A stretch of DNA of 62,641 nucleotides, counting the filler, from Sphacelaria rigidula (taxonomy: Eukaryota), in NCBI GenBank assembly GCA_964200075.2. It is 7 parts of 7 records of this genome, joined end to end, with 100 filler letters (N's around TTAATTAATTAA, not from the genome) between each part and the next. Parts side by side here need not be neighbours in the genome. Positions count along the whole stretch, not along the records: positions 17,928 to 26,790 come from CAXNAA020009904.1; positions 26,891 to 35,753 come from CAXNAA020009905.1; 5 more parts are not named here. The stretch is one strand, 5' to 3'. Below the pieces are notes generated by a model that did not search any database, had not been told where the DNA came from, and saw nothing but the letters and a program-made list of their open reading frames with translations. Below are positions 22,521-35,622 of this stretch, piece after piece (positions within the stretch are counted from its first letter, which is position 1; every line of letters begins with the position of its first letter). Both the position numbers and the translations under genes were made by a program.

Positions 22521-23959
22521 TGACGTGATGGCTGAATCTGCCACAAAAGCCAGTAATATATATATACATGAATATATGCCGCCACAGTGGCAACTGCTCC
22601 CCTCCTTCGGGACGAGTCCGTGGTCTCAAGGATCAACCCATCTTCCCCGCGATACACACTTGCAACTTCGTTCCACGGATTGCATCAGCACTCCCCCACC
22701 GAGTGGACTATTTTCAAAAAAGCTATCCTGCTCCTGACTAATGCCGAGATAGCCCCCCCACAAAAAGGGCACCGGAGACCGTCCGACAAACCGGCTGCGA
22801 TCCCACTGTTGGGCTCGTTTGCAGCAAATCCGCCCACACAAGAGGCGTGCAGCAGTCCGAAATCAGCTATAACGCCCAAATGAGTCGCGTCGTGCAACAC
22901 GAAACTAGCTCTACCGGTATTCATGATCATCGCCTCCGTGGACTTTTTTTACCGGTTCGGGGGGGGGGACCATCTCGGCAGCAGTCTCCTCACGCCCTAC
23001 AGCTTTCAAAGACGGAAATCAGATGCATTCAGAGAAGAAAAAAAAAGCAAACGCATCCACCCGCTGGGAATCGAACCTGGCTTATTTCCGACAAGATCGG
23101 GAAGTTGCACATGAGAGCCAACATCAAGGGCGCGGCAGCTTTACATCGTAGATCGTCCTCCCTTTTTCCAAAAATAAAAATCACTCCCAACAACCTCAAC
23201 AACTCCCAAGCAACCAACAAATTAAATGAAAATTAGACTGGATCAATTGTTATGAATATAATTTTATTTTCTTATTGTCTTCCCATGGTCCGAAAACAAG
23301 ATATGAAAAAAAACATTCCACATGATATTGATCAGCTTCATCATCCATTGGGAAATAACCCGTTGACCCATGCTGCCCGAAAGTGTTGAAAAGCAGCGGG
23401 GACGGAAGGCGTCCTTGCTCGCGTCCCTAGAAGACGTGGGGAGACTCTGATAGCTCACCACCATCCAGTTTATCCTAGCTTGCATACCAATACGCCACAT
23501 ACCGATGGTTTAGATCATCAGTGGCCTGATTCGCGTCGTGCAGCACGAAACCAGCTCTAACGGCATTTATGATCATCGCCTCCGTGCACTTTTTTGGCCG
23601 ATTCGTGGGGGGGATACCTCGGCAGCAGTCGCCTACAGTATCGAATCTAGCCTATTGCCGTAGACAATACATTTGATATAGTATGAATATGTTGCCATCA
23701 TCCAGGGTGTAATAATGAGGGAGTTTGTGGCTAGTCCACTGACAGTATCTCCGGCTTTGCCCTGCCTGAGCTCGCTGACGATCAGCTGCATGAGTCGATC
23801 ACATGTGCCCATGCCAGACCTTATTGCTCGCCTATTTATGGACTTGCACCTGGTGGGGGTTCGCCGGAGTCTGCGGCACTCCAAAATTATTCGAAATACA
23901 AATAACCGTCACTCACGACTCGCAACTCAGACCGAAGCCTACACGTGTACTGTACTCAC

Positions 23960-25425
23960 TAGGGCTCCGGTGGCGTCAAAAAGTGGCGTCAAGAAGAATT
24001 GGTTGTGAAATGTCGATCCGTCCTCCTTATAGTTGAGGAGGCATAAACACGCCTCCTTCCTCTCCTTCACTGCTTCTCGGATTTTAGCGACATCGCCTGG
24101 ATCCGTCTTTTGATTGAAACCAGAAGCGCAGAATCGGCGGATTTGGGAGAGGAGAGGGGGAGGGGCAGCGAGCCGCGGCATGGGAACGCATGCGGAGAGG
24201 CAAGAGGGCGGACGGGGGCGGAGGATCGTCGTAAGAATCGCAGCAACAGAATGCCACCATGGTTGCACTGCAGGGATAAATTTCAAGATTCTAAGATTTT
24301 TTCATCAACCCTGCACGTACTTTCGACCGATACTTGACTGGGGGACAGGTTCGAAATAGAGTACACATGTTCTTGAAAAAGCATCCGGACATGTAACACT
24401 GATTCCGTGCAACATGTACAGTTTCGCTCGCAAAAAAGTGTCCGTGTCAAGCATCAGGGATGCGACAGATTCATTTCTTGAGAGTACGACCCACTCGCCC
24501 TACGGGGGGGGGGGGTACTCATTTGTTGCTTGCCTAAGTCTTTTGACCATTGACCACTCATTCGTCGCATGCCTCAGTCATTTGACCATTAATCACACAT
24601 CCCTTTCGAGACGGAGCACTGTTCCTACTCCTGATGAAGACACTTTCAATATCTGGGCGCTCGTTGTGGCTCCTCCATATATTACACACAGGGCGGAATT
24701 ATACAAAGAAACAGCTATGAAAAATGTAAATGCCTTCGGCGTCTCTGTCGGACGAACGCAGCACGAGCTGTTCACCGGAGCACGGTAGACCACCAACGGT
24801 TATAGCGATAGCAGCAACAGCAATGATTAACACGTTCGTAGTTTCTTCCGTCCTTGCGTTATCGTCCCAGCGGTCCAGAGTCGGTGTACGTGACCGAATC
24901 GACACAGGCACAATCATGTACCGAAGCACGTGCACAGACAGAATAAATACAGAGTGTGCACGCACCCCCCCAACCATCTTGAGGCCATTGAAATGCATCC
25001 TCGGCGTGACTGCTGTCACCGCTAAGATATATTGTGTCTTCCTACAAGACATCGAGGTGGTATTCTTCATCTGAGGCGGGCACCAACAGCAACCTAACAA
25101 GAGTCAAGTATAGCAACTATGTGGAAACGCCGGGCAAGTGCAAAAAACGAGAAAGCAAATAGCGTGTGCACCTATTTCACCGGCCCAAGAGGAAAAAAAT
25201 AAAGGTGCAAAAAGAAACAATGCGGGACAATCCACTGGACAACCCTGCGTTGCTGTAAACGACACCATTTTTTAGTGATCCAAAAGCGTTCAACCAAAAC
25301 CCTGTCGGAAACCCGGAGTGTACTTTCTGATAGCAAACGTAGCACCTGTGCGCCCTGTAGAAACCGGCAGCTGTCCACGGCCCGCGACGGAACACATAGC
25401 GAACCCGGCAAAAGCGAAGAGAGAT

Positions 25426-25463
<38 letters not shown>

Positions 25464-25961
25464 GCAGGCAGCTTGCGACAGTGAGAGAGGGAAAGTACTG
25501 CACTGCAAATTTGCTACTACGGCCCACGATCCTCACACGCTTCACAGTCAACGGGATGAGTGTTATTACACACTGGTGTGTCCTTTGAACCACCCCAACA
25601 TTCATAGATAACCACCGGACGAGCATTAATCCAGCAGGAGTCGAACGAAACGCCGCGAGCACAGGTCCAGCGCGCTGCTATTGAAACATCGTGCCCCATG
25701 CAATACTTTACTTTATGCAAATACTTGCTAACATAGCTTTCGGGAACAGAATTATCATGACTCCGTCAACAACGCCCTCTCCCGTGTGACGTGTGATTTG
25801 CATCCTGGTCCACTTCACCACTGGCGCACCTAACCCTTATCCTGTAAAAGGAGGCATGGTACACATGATCACTCTCACTTTCGCCCTTCCACTTTGTCTC
25901 TGGCGTAGCCCGTAAATGCACAGAAACCGTCGCTGCAGAAAATGATGGGGTTATCCTCCAA
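23960..25961 (-). CDS. LOV (PAS) flavin-binding blue-light sensor domain, aureochrome/helmchrome-like; partial gene
   Basis: Exons 25961-25879 (83 nt), 25370-25346 (25 nt) and 24106-23960 (147 nt), all AG/GT-bounded and in phase. Product: LEDNPIIFCSDGFCAFTGYARDKVEGRN|CRFLQGAQ|TDPGDVAKIREAVKERKEACLCLLNYKEDGSTFHNQFFLTPLFDATGAL. Confidence 0.92.
24515..24670 (-). mobile_element. 3' fragment of the poly(C)-associated LINE, inside a LOV-gene intron
   Basis: Reverse complement of ...tctcgaaaggga...aaatgagtac abutting a G12 run (24504-24515); has an internal duplication. Confidence 0.75.
25425..25459. repeat. (CAG)n microsatellite
   Basis: Directly visible; intronic. Confidence 0.95.
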
Positions 25962-26890
25962 CTGCGCGAAATTCAGTGAAACGCGGGGAGAGCGGGTGCA
26001 AACCATCGGGTAAACAAGCAGGGAAAGAATCGAAGCGAAAGATCCAAGGAAGCAAATTTCTAGGTTACGAGGTCTTGAATAACACCCGGCTGAACACGTT
26101 CTACTGTGTCTGAATAACTCGCAGCGTGGATTGGTCGAAATTCATCGAAGTGCCCTAACAAAAATTCCACTAGCCGGGCGCAGAGCGAACACCACGGATA
26201 TGGATGCACTCTCCTCCGTCTAGAACGCTCATGTCCATCACGATATCATAATCTCTCTCGGATTGATGTGGTTGTACCGTTAATAGTTTTCCCTGCGTCA
26301 GGTACAATGCCATCGTGGCGAAGCCGACAAGGGTACCTAATGTGAGACCTGACACCTCATCTTCGGATGCCGTTCCCGTTCTAGTATACCCCCTGCATTT
26401 AACAAGAGTACAATATTCATCGTTACATTCTCTCTACACACATTGACAGCCTTTTGTTTCCAATTGTTTTGGTTGATGTGAACGCATTTTTTGGAATTCC
26501 TTGTGTTGTTTTGAGGAGTGGATCCCGAACGTGCATATTAAACTGTGCAGCATATGGCGCGTACGAGAGGCGCAAAATAGTGCGAAAGATCTAGGAATCA
26601 CCCAAGCTTCTGCGCTTGTGGAGGTGGACATAACACGACCTAGCTCCCTCATCTTCGCTTTCACTGCCGCACCACGCCAGCAGCATTGACCTTCCCCCCC
26701 CCCCCCCCCCCCCCCACACCCCCACCCCCCCCCCCACCTCCCTCCTCTCCCCCCCGCTGAAAACAACCCCCCCCCCCCCCCCCCCCAGGANNNNNNNNNN
26801 NNNNNNNNNNNNNNNNNNNNNNNNNNNNNNNNNNTTAATTAATTAANNNNNNNNNNNNNNNNNNNNNNNNNNNNNNNNNNNNNNNNNNNN

Positions 26891-26950
26891 GTCTCGAAAG
26901 GGATGCGTGGTCAATGGTCAAATGACTAAGGCAAGCAACAAATGAGTACG
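26891..26950 (+). mobile_element. 3' end of the poly(C)-associated LINE at contig start
   Basis: gtctcgaaagggatgcgtggtcaatgg...aatgagtacg followed by C7. Confidence 0.8.
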
Positions 26951-27015
26951 CCCCCCCTTCGCCCCTGGTATTTGACACCCGACGTTACGCATGACTTGTG
27001 TGCAGGCTTGCACAG

Positions 27016-30000
27016 GCTGGTGGCGAAGGTGGTGTTGTACGAGGCAGACACGCTCACCCCCTGCACGCAGATGAACAAGCCCTGGGAGATGCGTGCGATT
27101 TCGGAGAAGAACTCCGAAGTCAGGGATGTCATGTCGAGGAAGGTGTGTGTCGATGTCTATGCGTGAGTGTGTTTGTTGATGTTTATGTCCCCGCTTCGGT
27201 CACGCGGGTGTGATGTGTGTATGTGTATCTGCACGCGCAAGCATTTGTGCCTTTTTCTCTGTATCCCGAGTTTTTCGTTCCTGCCCATTTGAAGATGACC
27301 TTTACCGGAAATAATTGTGACGTTGTTTTTTTTGTTGTTGTGTGCGTCGTTTGGGACAAAGGTTAACCCTGTGCTGAACGGAGCCCCTGCGTCCATCCTG
27401 CCTAACGAGTTCCTGGCCGGCTTCAACGCCGACAACAAGAATGAGTGGGTCACGGCTGTCATGCTTTCACACGTGTACGCTCTCAAGGTACGGCTGTCTC
27501 CCGGCATCCCCGCCCTCCCTCCTCTCTCTCCCCAATCGAACGGTCTTTCCCATATTTTCACGTGGATTGATTCACTCTGACCCTTTCACCACCTGGGAAA
27601 GTGCGTTCGCTTTGTTCAGTATCAATATCACTTGAGATATGACATAAGTTGGAGTCAAACAACAGGGGTCCATTTTCCGGCGCTCCAGGGGTTCGATACC
27701 GGCAATGATTAACATAATGTGGTCGACTTGGTAGCGACCGGGAATAGTGGCATCAGTGTGTAGCTCAAACCACCCGTGACGATAAGAAACTCCATGTCGA
27801 TGTTTCACGCAAACGAGGATTGTCTCTTCTGGCGGCGAGAGAGGAATCCCGTTCGTAACGCAAGATCGCGACGAGGCATCCTTCCATGGTTCGGACGAAT
27901 CATCGCCGGTTCGAATAACCAAATCCACGATCCCTCAGGCCTGATTCATCGAAAGGGAGAAAAAATGTCGACCACTGATCAAACAGATCTCCACGCAACG
28001 TTTGTGCCATTCCACGTACCTGGGCCGCGCGTACGTGGGTTGCAACGCTGAGAGCAAAGCGTAAGGATTGATTTGTACGGAACGAATCAACTCACACTAA
28101 AATCAAGTAATTTCCAGACAAATCGTTGATTCGTCCGACCCTTGCATCCTTCAAGAGGATTGAGGTGGAGTAACCGCGCGGACGATATGTGTATGTTGTT
28201 TTGTTTTGTATTTTTCGGCAGGGGGTGATGACGGCCATCGAAGCAGCGAACATCATCGTGCACCGCTACGGGCTGAAGAAATACCGCATCCTCATCTACG
28301 GCTCCACTACACACGATGTGGTGTACTGCAGACGTTGCCAGGACACTATCGACAGGCTAAAACTCAACGATAACTGCAAACTCATGGGCAAGGGGCGTCC
28401 GGCCGCGGTAAGCTAATGCCATCACTCCATCCTATACATACATATGCAAGTTGCGAATATTAATACCCTCTTGATGCCCCCCCCCCCCTCCCCGGCATAC
28501 CTAGTCGGGACAGGTCCATCGTGTAGGGGGCTCAATTCGTCTATGCCCCGATGTATGTGTCTTACTTGGAGCTTGCCTATCCAGCGTTGGACAACCGCTC
28601 ACTACCACAGCCCATCGACCTCGACCGACATCGTTTTACACCTCGTAGGACAAGAAGACATTTTTATCGTTGATATGAATCGCTTCGCTCGGAAAACACA
28701 TTTCGACGACAATGCCGGTTGCTTTCATCAGATCTTGAACCGAATAGTGGTCGTGGGCACCTTCTCCGCATCTTTGTTCTGTGTCTTGGATTGATTTTTG
28801 CATGGTGACATGATTTCAAACTTTGTTGTCGCGCACGGTCAAGTAAGCGATGGAGTGCACTTGTAGTACTCACGAAGCCTTCTTCATCGACGCGCAGCTT
28901 AGGGCTTTAGCCGTCCGACGACCCGGTCCTCTTTGTGCTGAGAGGCGAATTCAGGGCACAGAGGCGAATGAAACACGTTGTGTGTGCGGTGTATGTATCG
29001 GTTTTGGTAAATCTCCTTCCCTTCGGCGACGGCAGGTGTTGGCACAAGGAGACATGTTCCTCAACTCGTCGGTGAGCGAGGGCTTGCCGTTAGCTATCAT
29101 CGAAGCCAGCCGAGCAGGTCTGGTCGTGGTGGCCACTGACGTAGGAGGTGAGTGCATTGATCAGTAATCTCTGTTTCGTCGAGTGTGGAGCGCACGTTCG
29201 TGATGTCACCCGGAATAAACCAATTTCAGTCCCCTAGACAACATCCACGAACGGTCATTCCCCAGGATAAAGAGCTTTTGTTACATTGGGCGTGTTTTGT
29301 TTTGCGGTGTGTTTGTCTCCACAGTCATTGGAACGTTGGGAGTGCCTCGCGGCATGAAGCGACCATGGACTGTTGGTTGACGCTTTGATTGGTATGCGGT
29401 GTTCTCTCTTCTTCCTCTCTGTGTGTGGGTTTGTTCCGGGGTACGTTTCCCGTAATACCCTTGCTGCGTCTTCGTCTGTTTCGTTGGCGGTACTCGTGTT
29501 TTTTGTGTATGTGTGCTGTGCTTCACTCTCCAGGTACCCGAGACGTCGTAAGCGAGTACGGCGGCATTTGCATGCCTAACAGTCCCCTAGAGCTGGCCAA
29601 GACCGAGCTGGAGACCCTTGCAGCTTGTCAGAAGTGGTGCAAGATTGGCGGTTCCCCAGACTTGAAGTGGGCGGAAATCGACCTCTCGCCTAACCCTGCT
29701 GAGGTACTCCTGTTACTGTTTTTTCTCTCCTACTGAGGTACCTTGTTTGTTCGGGGCATGTCTACGTCCGTGTCTACATGTTTTTTGTTTTTGTTTTTGC
29801 CCTCGTGCGGGGAGTGGAGGGCGAGGATGCCGTTTACACCGAAAAATGACAGTAATTGGATTCACGCTGAGCCGGTTCGACGGCAGACCGTCAGGTCCGT
29901 TTACCCCGGAGGATATGTTTTCCTCGCGACTTCAAAAGTCCCGGACGCTCGGATTGTTTCAAGACAGGAAAACGTCCACTGTCACTCTTGTGTATCTTCA

Positions 30001-33000
30001 CGGAGAGAGTGTTGTGGTTTTGCGCTCTACGCAGTGTACGCTCTGCGGAGTGTGCCATACAAAGTCCCGTCTTCTTGTATCTACACACGATGTATTTTTG
30101 AGGGCGTTTTTGTGTTTAGGACGTGTTGGATGAAGGGCTGGACTATGAATGAAAACGGAATGTGGACGTGAATGAACTCATTGCGCTCATCCATCCTTTT
30201 TTTACAATTCGAAAAACCATTGCTGATCATGACTTTCTTGTTGTATCATCATTTCTACCGTGACACTTGACTGTATGATTGATTGGTCGGCTGATTGTGG
30301 AACATTCACTGATCCGCGACGATTCCAGCCTTGGCCACAACATACACGTATACCCGAAGAGGAATAAAATGAATCCCCAGTGTTTTACAATTTCTGGTAT
30401 AAGCCTTAATTTTGTTCATGATTTTTTTCATATAAATATATATGTGCGTCTGTGTATACATTTTCAGATCTTGGAGAAGGCTATCTTCAACCCCGACGTA
30501 ATCAACGCCCGCCACGATTGGGGCACCCGGTACCTCGAGTGGACCAGCAAGGCGTTCACTCTCGACAGGTGAGAGCGCAGCCCGTTGAGCAGGTAACCCA
30601 CACAACGAACACCTGAGTCTGGCGGTCATTATCGAAACAAGTGCCCGATACGATCCATTGGCACAACAAATTTGGACGACCGGATCAAATGGGTGAAGAA
30701 CTCTGGTGGTGAACGTTCTGCTCCTGTACGTGGGTCCTGCTGGCGCGTTTCCTTCGATCGACGACGAAGCGGTTGATGTGATTGAGCGGACAGGGTCCGG
30801 GCGTTTCGTCTATCGTTTGTGCTGCCCGCATACGAACATGCCCAATCATGGGAAACAATACTTATCGCAGGTACCGCGATGAGCTTGTGCGGGCGCTCTG
30901 GCACGGGGACCGACAGGCCCAGATGAACTGCGCTAGGCTCACCCTGGGATGGGGTCCGGACCCGGGGCAGAAGAACCTGGCGCTCGCGTACCTGAGATTG
31001 CGGCGCCTGCTGGACGTCGGTGATGGAAAGGAGCATACCGCTCTCAGTTACATCGCTCACTTCGGCGAGGTTCGATCGAGGTGAGAGCGTTGGGGTAAGA
31101 TTGGATTGGCCTGTTGCTCGCCTTGGATAGGATGGCGGGAACGACTGACTCGAATGTGATGCCGGTCGCCCATAGGGAGACAAAAAAACACACTCCTCAT
31201 AATATTGCCGAACCCCTTGACAACAATCCGTTCCGGCCGAGACACAAGCTGTTTCCGCTGCATATGTGATCCCGGCCTCCTACACCCCTCTCCGTTGAGG
31301 TGGATTTTGCAATTTTTCAGCAACCTAGGAAAGGGACTTCGGTTCCTGAGCGTACCCCATATGTTGCTTGAAGCGTTGCTCGGAGTTTCACGTTTGTAGT
31401 ACTTGCCTATACATCAGTCCCATACCCTGTGTTGATCCATCGGGCTAATCGCAAGGGTACTTCCCCTTCGTGTTCAAGCTGTCGCCCCAGCCCCCCCCCC
31501 GTCCCCTAATGTCTACCTGCCTTCTCATCACTCGCTCACGTACATCCAGGATCCAGGACGAGATGAGGAGTCGCACACCGCTCCAGATGTCCACTGACCC
31601 CGATCAGCTGGCCCTCATGGCTGCATTCGAGAACGTTACCTCGGATCATCCACTCCTTCAGTGGCTTCATGGGGGCAAGGTCCGTTTATTTCGCCTTCTT
31701 GAGTTGGTTGTCAGTTGTCGGTTACCGTCATTGTACTTCAGGTAGTGTAGCTACAATACAAAGTGGAGGAACGGGGGGAGGGAGTGTGGTAGACAGTGTC
31801 ACTCAGCTAAATATCCCTGACTCGCGGTGCGCTGTAGCAAGCTGATATTCCGTCCCAGAAACGCATCACTGGACCTATACGTACTGGTGTATAATCGTAA
31901 CTCACGTCTGTGCGGTAACGGATGGTAAGTCTCGTCGTCGATACAATTAATCCAGTATGATGGTAGGATGTACTCCTCCCCGAGTCGTTCTCCATGAGTA
32001 AACCATGGGCCCCGACTGCCCCACAGGGAGCGTGGGACGAGGAAGACCGCCAAGGATCCGACGCAGCGAGTTCCACGTCATCCGGAACCGGGATGGTGGA
32101 GCATCTCGAGAGCCAGCAGGCGGACGAATGGGGCAAGCCCACATCTGAGCCGCCTCTGCCTGGCTCCGACAAGGTGAAGGCATTGGTGCACCAGTCCTAC
32201 TGCTGGTGATTCCTTTCATCATTCGGGGAATCAGAAGCCAGAGGTCGTCCTTGAATCGACCACCGACATATGCGAAAAATAGTGTGCTGGTAAAATAGGG
32301 CACGTATCGGGCTAGGGGATTGAGGGCCCAGGAAACCACGCGGTCATGTTCTGAGAAGGAGTGGTTCTCGAACATGGGGAAGATATTCCTTGTCAGTAGT
32401 AACGTAGCGTCGGGGTTACCAGCGTTGAAGATCAGCCGGTGTGTTTTGGACCGAAAGTACCGCTGGCGCCCGCGAGTCTCTCCACGATGTTGTATTATTC
32501 GTTGCAACACTTGTCGGTGTGTGTCCATGAGGCAAATTTGTGTTACTCGCTAGATGTTCTTATCGACATTTTTGTCCTACTATAGATATAAATCTCCCCA
32601 ACCCCGCGCAATATTATCTAGCCAAACGACGATAACCCAGGGATCCCTCATTTCATCCTCTAACATATCTCCCACAACCCCTGCATGTTGCACCCTTGTA
32701 CGAACCCCCAAAACCAACACAACACGCTGACAGATGTTGTCTCCCCCCGAGACTTCAGCACCTGGAACTCACGCTGCAGCGTCCCGCGGTGGCGACCCAC
32801 GATACGCCAGCAATAGCTCTGCGAGCTCCAGCGAATCAAGCTCCTCTGCGCAATCGGTGGTACGCTTCGACACCCCTGACGATGGCGCTCCACCGCTTAT
32901 TGATCTCTCCGCCGATCATCCCACCACACCCCCTGGGGCGAAGAAAGGGTTGAGTCTCGCCCAGAGGGTGGTCATGGGAAAGTCGCCGTCTTTGCACGCT

Positions 33001-35622
33001 CGCAAAAGGTGAAACAACTACCCATGCGTACGATAGAGCGGATCATCCGCCAGTCCAAGCAACGACAGTTTTAGTGTGCACTGAGCGGGATGCTCCGTCT
33101 TGGTACATATCAAATACATTGCTACTAACGAGAGGAATTCCCCGCCAGTACACTCACAACTGGAGGTGAACATGATATACGTATGCCACATCCTTCATAT
33201 ATCAAATCCTTCGCGTTTTTCGTGTGCACTGAACAGGACGCTATTCTCCAGTACATGGTAAATTGCTGTAATTACTGTTGACTGATTGATGCACAATTCC
33301 TACTGTGCCGTACACACGTGTGTGGGAATGATAACGCCGACGGCATGGCATGGGCACGTGTGCATGCACGTGAAGATGTAAGCGGATCGTCGTAGTTCGC
33401 CTAAAGCAGGCGCTTTTGTGATTCGTCATGATACGTTTCTCTCGTTTCTCTAAAAGTTGGCGAAATGTTGCATCGGTAGCAGCAGTTCGATCCATTTTTG
33501 TGCTTTTCACTTAACCGAGATAAACCAGCATCACGAGCTATCCGTCTCCGACGAAGTGTTGTATGGCGTGAAAGGTGTGGTTTGTGCGCCGTTTTCCCCC
33601 CAGATTTACCATAGCTTGCCTCCGAATCGTTTTGTGTGTCTCGGCTGTACTAGAACGTCAGGAAAAAAGGGCGAGACGGGAGATGCAGAGAAGTGGCGCC
33701 GCAGTGAGTCTTACGTGAGCTCCGTGGACTCCGACAAGTCAGCAGATGATCCGGGACAAGGTGCCGTGGCGGGTAGGGCTGGTGCAGGCACAGCGGTTGG
33801 TACCACCAATCGTGACGATCATAGCCAACATATGGACGGTGATATCGCGAGCGATATGAGCAGTCCCATGGGTTCGGAGTGGTTGTCAGAAGGCACGAGG
33901 ATGGTGGATGAGGTGAATCGTCAGGGAGCGGCGGGGCAGGAGGCTAAGCTGGACTTCGCGCCGTCGGCGGACGGCCTGGAAGCCGGGAGGGATGTTGAGA
34001 CAGAGTTCATGATGTCTCCGGCCTCTCGGGCCCAACGTGCCGGCATCGCTCCGCTGGTCAATCTACCAGGTGCGACCATTAAATTTCACGACATGTTTGC
34101 GCTGTGCATGTGTTCATGATGTACCGCGTGGTACCAAGATACTTTGGAGAGCACCCCCCCCCCCCCCCCTTCCCCCACCCCCCAGGAGCCCCCTCCCGCC
34201 ACCTCCGCCCACCCGACCACGCCGTCCNNNNNNNNNNTGTTTTCTTTTTGTTCCCCTGGGTTCTAAGCTGTTTTGGGGGGCCCCCCCCCCCCCCCCTCTT
34301 CCCCCTCCCCCCCCCCCCCCCCCCCGCTTTCGTTTCTCAGCCTAATTCAACCGTTCGTTATGCGTTAATTTTTCGGCGATAGAGTTCGATTCGTGGCCCC
34401 GAGCACACATGGCAAGACGCACGCGCACAGAAAAAGAGTGCTAGAAACATATCGATTGAGACGTACTTGGTTTGCTGCAATACAAGCGTTGCTATTTGCC
34501 ACTATATTGGTTGTTATCGCCTAATCGAATACCAGGATTGAACTATTTGTTTGTTTTTTCTGCGGCGATTGACGACGCACGGGCGCCATGACGGACCACG
34601 GTAGTGTATTGGTTTGCAGTTCATAAACAGCAGCAGTTCACCGTGGTGTGCGCCGGATGCATACGTATTGTACCCGTGTGACACGCCCCAAGCGTAGGGT
34701 CTGTATAGTGTGGAACATTATCCTAAATGTAGAAGTTTCCCTGTCCAGCCAATTCGTGTATTTGTCATTGGGCATTCTCCAGAGGTCCGATTTTGATCCT
34801 CGAGCATGAGACAACGTGTTGCCCAAAACGCTGCTCGATGTTACGTGTTGAGGTATTCGCACATGTATCAACATGATGCACTCTTACTCACTGCGCTGAA
34901 GATTGTTTCTCCGAGGGGCATCCCCTTGCCTGTGGTCTGCAACAAGTCCGCTTGCCCGTCCCGCCCCTCTTTCCACAGCCGCCGTCCACACCGATACAGT
35001 AGACATGCAGATCGGCTACGAACGAGAGTATCCCTTCCTCGGAGGATTCACCCTGTTACATACTTTCGGTTTCTCAGTAGAGAGCTTGTTTCTCCGCCTC
35101 TCAAATTCGCTTTCCCTCCGGAGAACAGATGGATACAGCGAAAGTGCCACTATGGACTCCCCTGCGGCGAGCACGACGACATTCGACACTCGAGAAGAGG
35201 AAGAAGGATCGAGAACTTCATGGTCGGGACGGAACACTGCAGTGGCGGGCCAGAGTAGGACCAGAAACAACTCGAACATCCCACTCACAGCCTTCAGCAG
35301 CAACAGCGACGCTTCGGTCTCGAGCTCCCTAGTGGAGAGTCAACCGTGGGTATCGCCCCGCATTCAGGGAAGCGACAAGAACCGTGAGCGGCAGAGCGCA
35401 AGCGCAAGAACAGCGGCTTTGGACGTGGAATCGACCGCTGGAAAGGCTGCGATGGCGTCGCACGGGATCAAGATACGGGAGGCTAGTGTGACGTCTTCGA
35501 AAGGCGAGTTCGGGGGGTCTGGTGACGATAGCGGCGATCGGGGTGTTGAGATCAAGAGGCAAGGGTTTGATCAGTGGATGAAGGCCATCTTGGATATGGC
35601 TTGCTGTGTTCCGCTTCGGTAA
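27016..35622 (+). CDS. GT4 (GT-B fold) glycosyltransferase, Gtb3/PelF-like, with long low-complexity C-terminal extension; 5'-partial
   Basis: Twelve phase-consistent GT-AG exons: 27016-27142, 27362-27487, 28222-28407, 29036-29147, 29534-29703, 30468-30568, 30871-31080, 31550-31679, 31967-32173, 32734-33008, 33654-34069, 35129-35622 (last may continue via a donor near 35619). Motifs: ADTLTPCT, KVNPVLNG, VMLSHVYALK, YRILIYG, FLNSSVSEGLPLAIIEA (EX7E), VVATDVGG. Confidence 0.9.
27663..28144 (+). mobile_element. Family C element inside a GT4-gene intron
   Basis: Homologous to 18182-18670, with the same ...cgtccgacccttg end. Confidence 0.65.

Noticed and set aside
23050-23125. Possible tRNA gene (B-box on minus strand)
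   Set aside because: No convincing cloverleaf or A-box could be built.
34130-34330. Near-duplicated poly(C) blocks around a 10-N gap (34228-34237), with poly-Pro ORFs
   Set aside because: Likely low-quality sequence at a homopolymer, represented twice across a scaffold gap.
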